Shown in pieces: positions 60,432 through 64,000 of a stretch of DNA of 64,000 nt. Source of the stretch: a virus; the IMG/VR virus record IMGVR_UViG_3300020020_000001, positions 16,171 through 80,170 of that record; one strand, given 5' to 3'. Under the pieces are notes generated by a model that saw nothing but the letters and a program-made list of their open reading frames with translations, was not told the origin of the DNA and did not search any database. Position numbers and translations under genes: made by a program. The first letter of the stretch is position 1, and each line of letters opens with the position of its first letter.

Positions 60432-63047
60432 ATATCAGGATATAGATGGACACACCCCATTTGTCCGGGTTTAGTAGAATTGTCCGATTTGCCAGATCCA
60501 TCCCAGTTGGTATGGACCTGTCTCGGTTTCACACGTTACGTGGTGGTATCTGCACTTTTCCCACCATTTGACCGAAACGAACGGTTCGTCCGATTCTGGC
60601 GAAAAGGGGTCTTTGTCCAGCTTGGTCACAATTCCCACGCATTGTCCGTCTTCGCAGTCTTCGCCCACTTCGTCCGGGTTGTACCACTTGAAGATGGTTC
60701 CTACCCTTATGCCCATTTTGTCCTCATTCCTGTGGGTTTGAGGGGGTGTGCCCATTTATAGCCTGATATACCCGTTTTAGCCCTGCATGTCCGTTTTGGA
60801 TGATTAGTGGAGTTCGGTAACTTCGACCTTGATGTCCGTTATCTCCAGATTGGACTGTTCGTCCAAAATGTCCATAACGTCCTGATTCTGCTCAATGTCG
60901 AATTCGAGTGAACTTACCGGAATGTCTGTTTCGCCCATTTCGGCCAGATAGTCCGTCATGTCCACATCGTACGCAATTGATACGGTTCGAACCACTCGCA
61001 CCCTTTGACCAGGTACGAGCGATAGATCCCGATGCGCCCGAGTAATATCCATTTGTCCTCCTTAGTCCGGATTGGCCGGACATGCAGAGTTAGAACGGGT
61101 ATATCATGGTATAGTAGCTTTAGACCGGCATGTCCGTTTTGAGGCTAAAGGGTGTCTAGCTGCGCTTTGAACTCATTGACCAGATTCTCCTCATTTGTCG
61201 CGTTGATGCCAAATGCGGCATGTGTCGCCAAATGCTCGATATCTGCGAAAATGTGCTCTCCGAGCGCCTTTGCCCTGATAGCGGCCAAAATGCGTACTTC
61301 CGCCGGAAAGTCCTCATTGCCCGTTTCGGCCATAATGACCGCTACGGTGTACTCCGTCACCAATTGCTGGATATGGGCTGCAATGTCGGATCCGTTAGCA
61401 ATGTCCATTTTGCTCTCCTTTGATAGGTTTGAGTGGACATGCCGGTTTAGAGCTACTATACCATGGTTTTACCTGCTTTAGACGCATATGTCCGAAAGTG
61501 TCCAGTTAGTCTAGATCGCGCCGATTTTCCACGGTTCGACCTCTATGACCGTTTCGCCCACAACGCCCGTTACGCGCCATTCGTCGTCTAAGACGCATTC
61601 GCGCATAATGACCGTATTGCCGTAATTGGGCAATCTGACCACAATGTACAGTTTGTCCTCATTGTCCGGATTGAGGAGAAACTCCTCATATCCAACGATT
61701 GTCCCGAGTTCTACCCGAAAGTCGTCTTTGTCCAAATAAGACGTAATGCCCATTTCGTGCTCCTTTGTCCGAAGTGTCCGGACATATGCGTTTAGAGCAG
61801 GTAAAACCTGAATTATCCCGAGTTAGGAGGATATGTCCGATTTGAGTGGTTAGTCTACTTTGTCCGCCATGTCCCGTCTTGGTAGTCGCAGTCCGTGATG
61901 CCCGAATCCTCCGTGATTGCGTGACATACGGCTTTTGAGTGGCTATTTGCCACTGTGACCCATATGTCCACAACCACCAGAATCGCCAGAATCACGAGCA
62001 TTGCTACCAATGCCTGGTATGTGCGTTTCATGCAGAAACCGCCCTTTCGCCTCGAATGTCCGCCATGCGCATTTCGTCTCGCTTTGTCCAAATTGCCCTA
62101 CTTGTGGCCAAAGCGTCCGTGTCGTCCGTTACGCCACATGCGACTACGTTTGTGTAGATTTCCTCCATTGTGTCGGAAATGTCCAAAACGGCCGCTATGA
62201 GCGATACGACTGACTTGTGTACTTTGCCTTCTGGGTAGGGGTTTGGCCAGATTTGAGCCCAAATGTCCATTTTGGTCTCCCATGTCCGTTAAGTCGGACA
62301 TATCCTCTTAGCCCGGGATAATCCGGCTTTGTCCACGTACGCCCCCCTCTGTCACTGAATGTCCGCTTTTGTCGGAAATGTGATGAAATTCACCGACTTT
62401 TTGCGAAATGTCCAATTTATGAGGTGTGCATACGCATACGCCACCATAAGGGGATAAATCCCCTCATGCGTGCTAAGCACCCTTTGTCGGGTATGTCCAA
62501 AATGGCTGATTTGTCCGATTAGTCCTCTATGTCGAGATTGTCCGCATCGCCCCATTCGCGCCATTCGCCTCGAATGCCCAAATTGAGCAACATGTCCGCT
62601 CTGTCCATTTCGTCCTCAAGGTCCCTTTCGTCAGAAAAGTCCTCATCGTCCGAAATCTCCCAATTTGCCCACTTTCTGGCGTCTTCGACCACATTGGGAT
62701 CAATGTCCATTTTGTCCTCCTTTGGTAGGTATGTCGGACATACCCGATAAGGAGTGCTTAGTCCGCATTGTCGCTCAAGTCCCTTCTGTCCGGCATGTCG
62801 GTAATGCCCTACTTGTCGGCTTTGAGGACTATGTCCTCAATGTCCGTTTCAGGCACCATGTCCACTATGCCGTAACTGTCCCCTCTGCGGAATATGTCCC
62901 GAATCTCTGCATTGTCCGGTTTGGCCGGATTGCCGAAATTGTCCTCATCTGTCTCGATAAGAACCCAAATGGTCGTTTTCGCCATAATGCCTCCTTTGTC
63001 CGTTTTGGCCGGTTTGTCCGACATGCCGGATAGGAGAGACTTGAGCG
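60432..63047. repeat. Chain of seven long-range inverted-repeat pairs, each enclosing one or two small genes
   Basis: 26-31 bp arms; coordinates given in findings. Confidence 0.9.
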
Positions 63048-63059
63048 CTTTGCCCTATC

Positions 63060-63860
63060 TATCGCTATTGAGTTGATAAGGAACGATTTGGTGGCATTTC
63101 ACCCGCTACCTCCGGTTTGTCCGAAGTGTCCGGTTTGCCGCCTATCTGCTACTTCCAGTCTACTCCGCCCGGATTATGCCCATATAGTAGGGCAAAGGCG
63201 ACAAATCGGGCATATGAGGCATAATTCGGCCCTGCTATATGGGCACAAAAGAGGACATTTCGGACATGTCGTTTTGTGATTTGGGAGGTTTCAGGACAAA
63301 ACGGACATATGCCCCATAACGAGGGCAAAATGTCCGTTATGCCGGAATATACCACCACATATGGTACAAATCGGACATGATCATGGCACACATATGCCCC
63401 TATATGGGCATAAAAGGGACATAACGGACTACCACAAACCCCCACAAAACGGACATATTCGGAGAGTCCAGACATTTTAGGACAAAACCGGACAAACCAG
63501 GGCAGCGATATGCCCCATATGTCCTTTTGTCATTCGGACATGCGGGTGCATAACCGACATATACCATATGTCCGAATGACAAAACGACAAATCGGGCATT
63601 TCCCCCATACACCCACATATCCGACATACACCCATATGTCCGCCCTGTCCCACCATGCCCGATATGTCCCTTATGCACCATGTGCACCCTATGTCCCATA
63701 TGTCCCACTATGCACCATATAACAGGATATGTCCCCTATGTCCGTTATGCCCTCATTTTATATACCCACATATGCCCATATTATGGGGCAATTTGGACAT
63801 TTTATAACGAAAGTAACTATATTATAACAAAAAGGAAAAATTGGACATTTTGGCAGGTCC
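63060..63860. repeat. Dense non-coding array of ATATG(T/C)CC / GG(A/G)CATAT motifs
   Basis: Dozens of copies in both orientations; no credible ORF. Confidence 0.8.
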
Positions 63861-64000
63861 TACACGAATCGGTGTGTATTTTTGATGTCAGAAAGTTGAC
63901 ATGTTAATATTTTAAAGAAACGGAAAGTAGTGTTGGAAATCAAACAGTAGACATAGCCCATATCCAGTCGTACTCTGTTCTTGAGGTCTCAGCGCAGGGA

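Noticed and set aside
63060-63907. ORFs listed in the terminal repeat array, and most + strand ORFs beyond 8.7 kb
   Set aside because: Low-complexity or antisense shadows of minus-strand genes, with no SD or motifs.
1-64000. Genome-wide stop-codon reassignment
   Set aside because: Long genes are intact in code 11 and end in TAA, TAG and TGA; only one clear internal UGA was found.

Overview
A 64 kb piece of a large, roughly 46% GC tailed-phage genome. The host is probably an actinomycete, judging by DUF397-, peptidase-inhibitor-I36- and DUF2637-like genes. Bases 1-8.7 kb (+) hold the end of the tail/lysis operon. Everything else is on the - strand: a replication module (RuvC-like resolvase, UDG-fused family A polymerase, primase-helicase, SSB, AAA ATPase, Cas4-like exonuclease, SNF2 helicase), an 18 kb RNA-rich island (23 intact tRNAs, one HNH-split tRNA, many structured ncRNAs), and an early region of small genes. 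Main finding: a phage Ro60 (TROVE/Rsr) gene sits with SEVEN Y-RNA-like genes. They share one Ro-binding stem (GGGUCGR ... UUAUC / AUAUCC) but carry different effector modules, and a circularly permuted copy of the same stem covers the Shine-Dalgarno and AUG of the Ro60 mRNA, a candidate autoregulatory operator. Other unusual features: a chain of gene-looping inverted repeats with fixed mismatch geometry, apidaecin-like Pro/Arg micro-peptides, an 8-nt insertion in the helicase Walker A motif, an in-frame UGA in a Fic gene, and at least 37 copies of CCTGTGGG. All calls were made by eye; no database searches were run.
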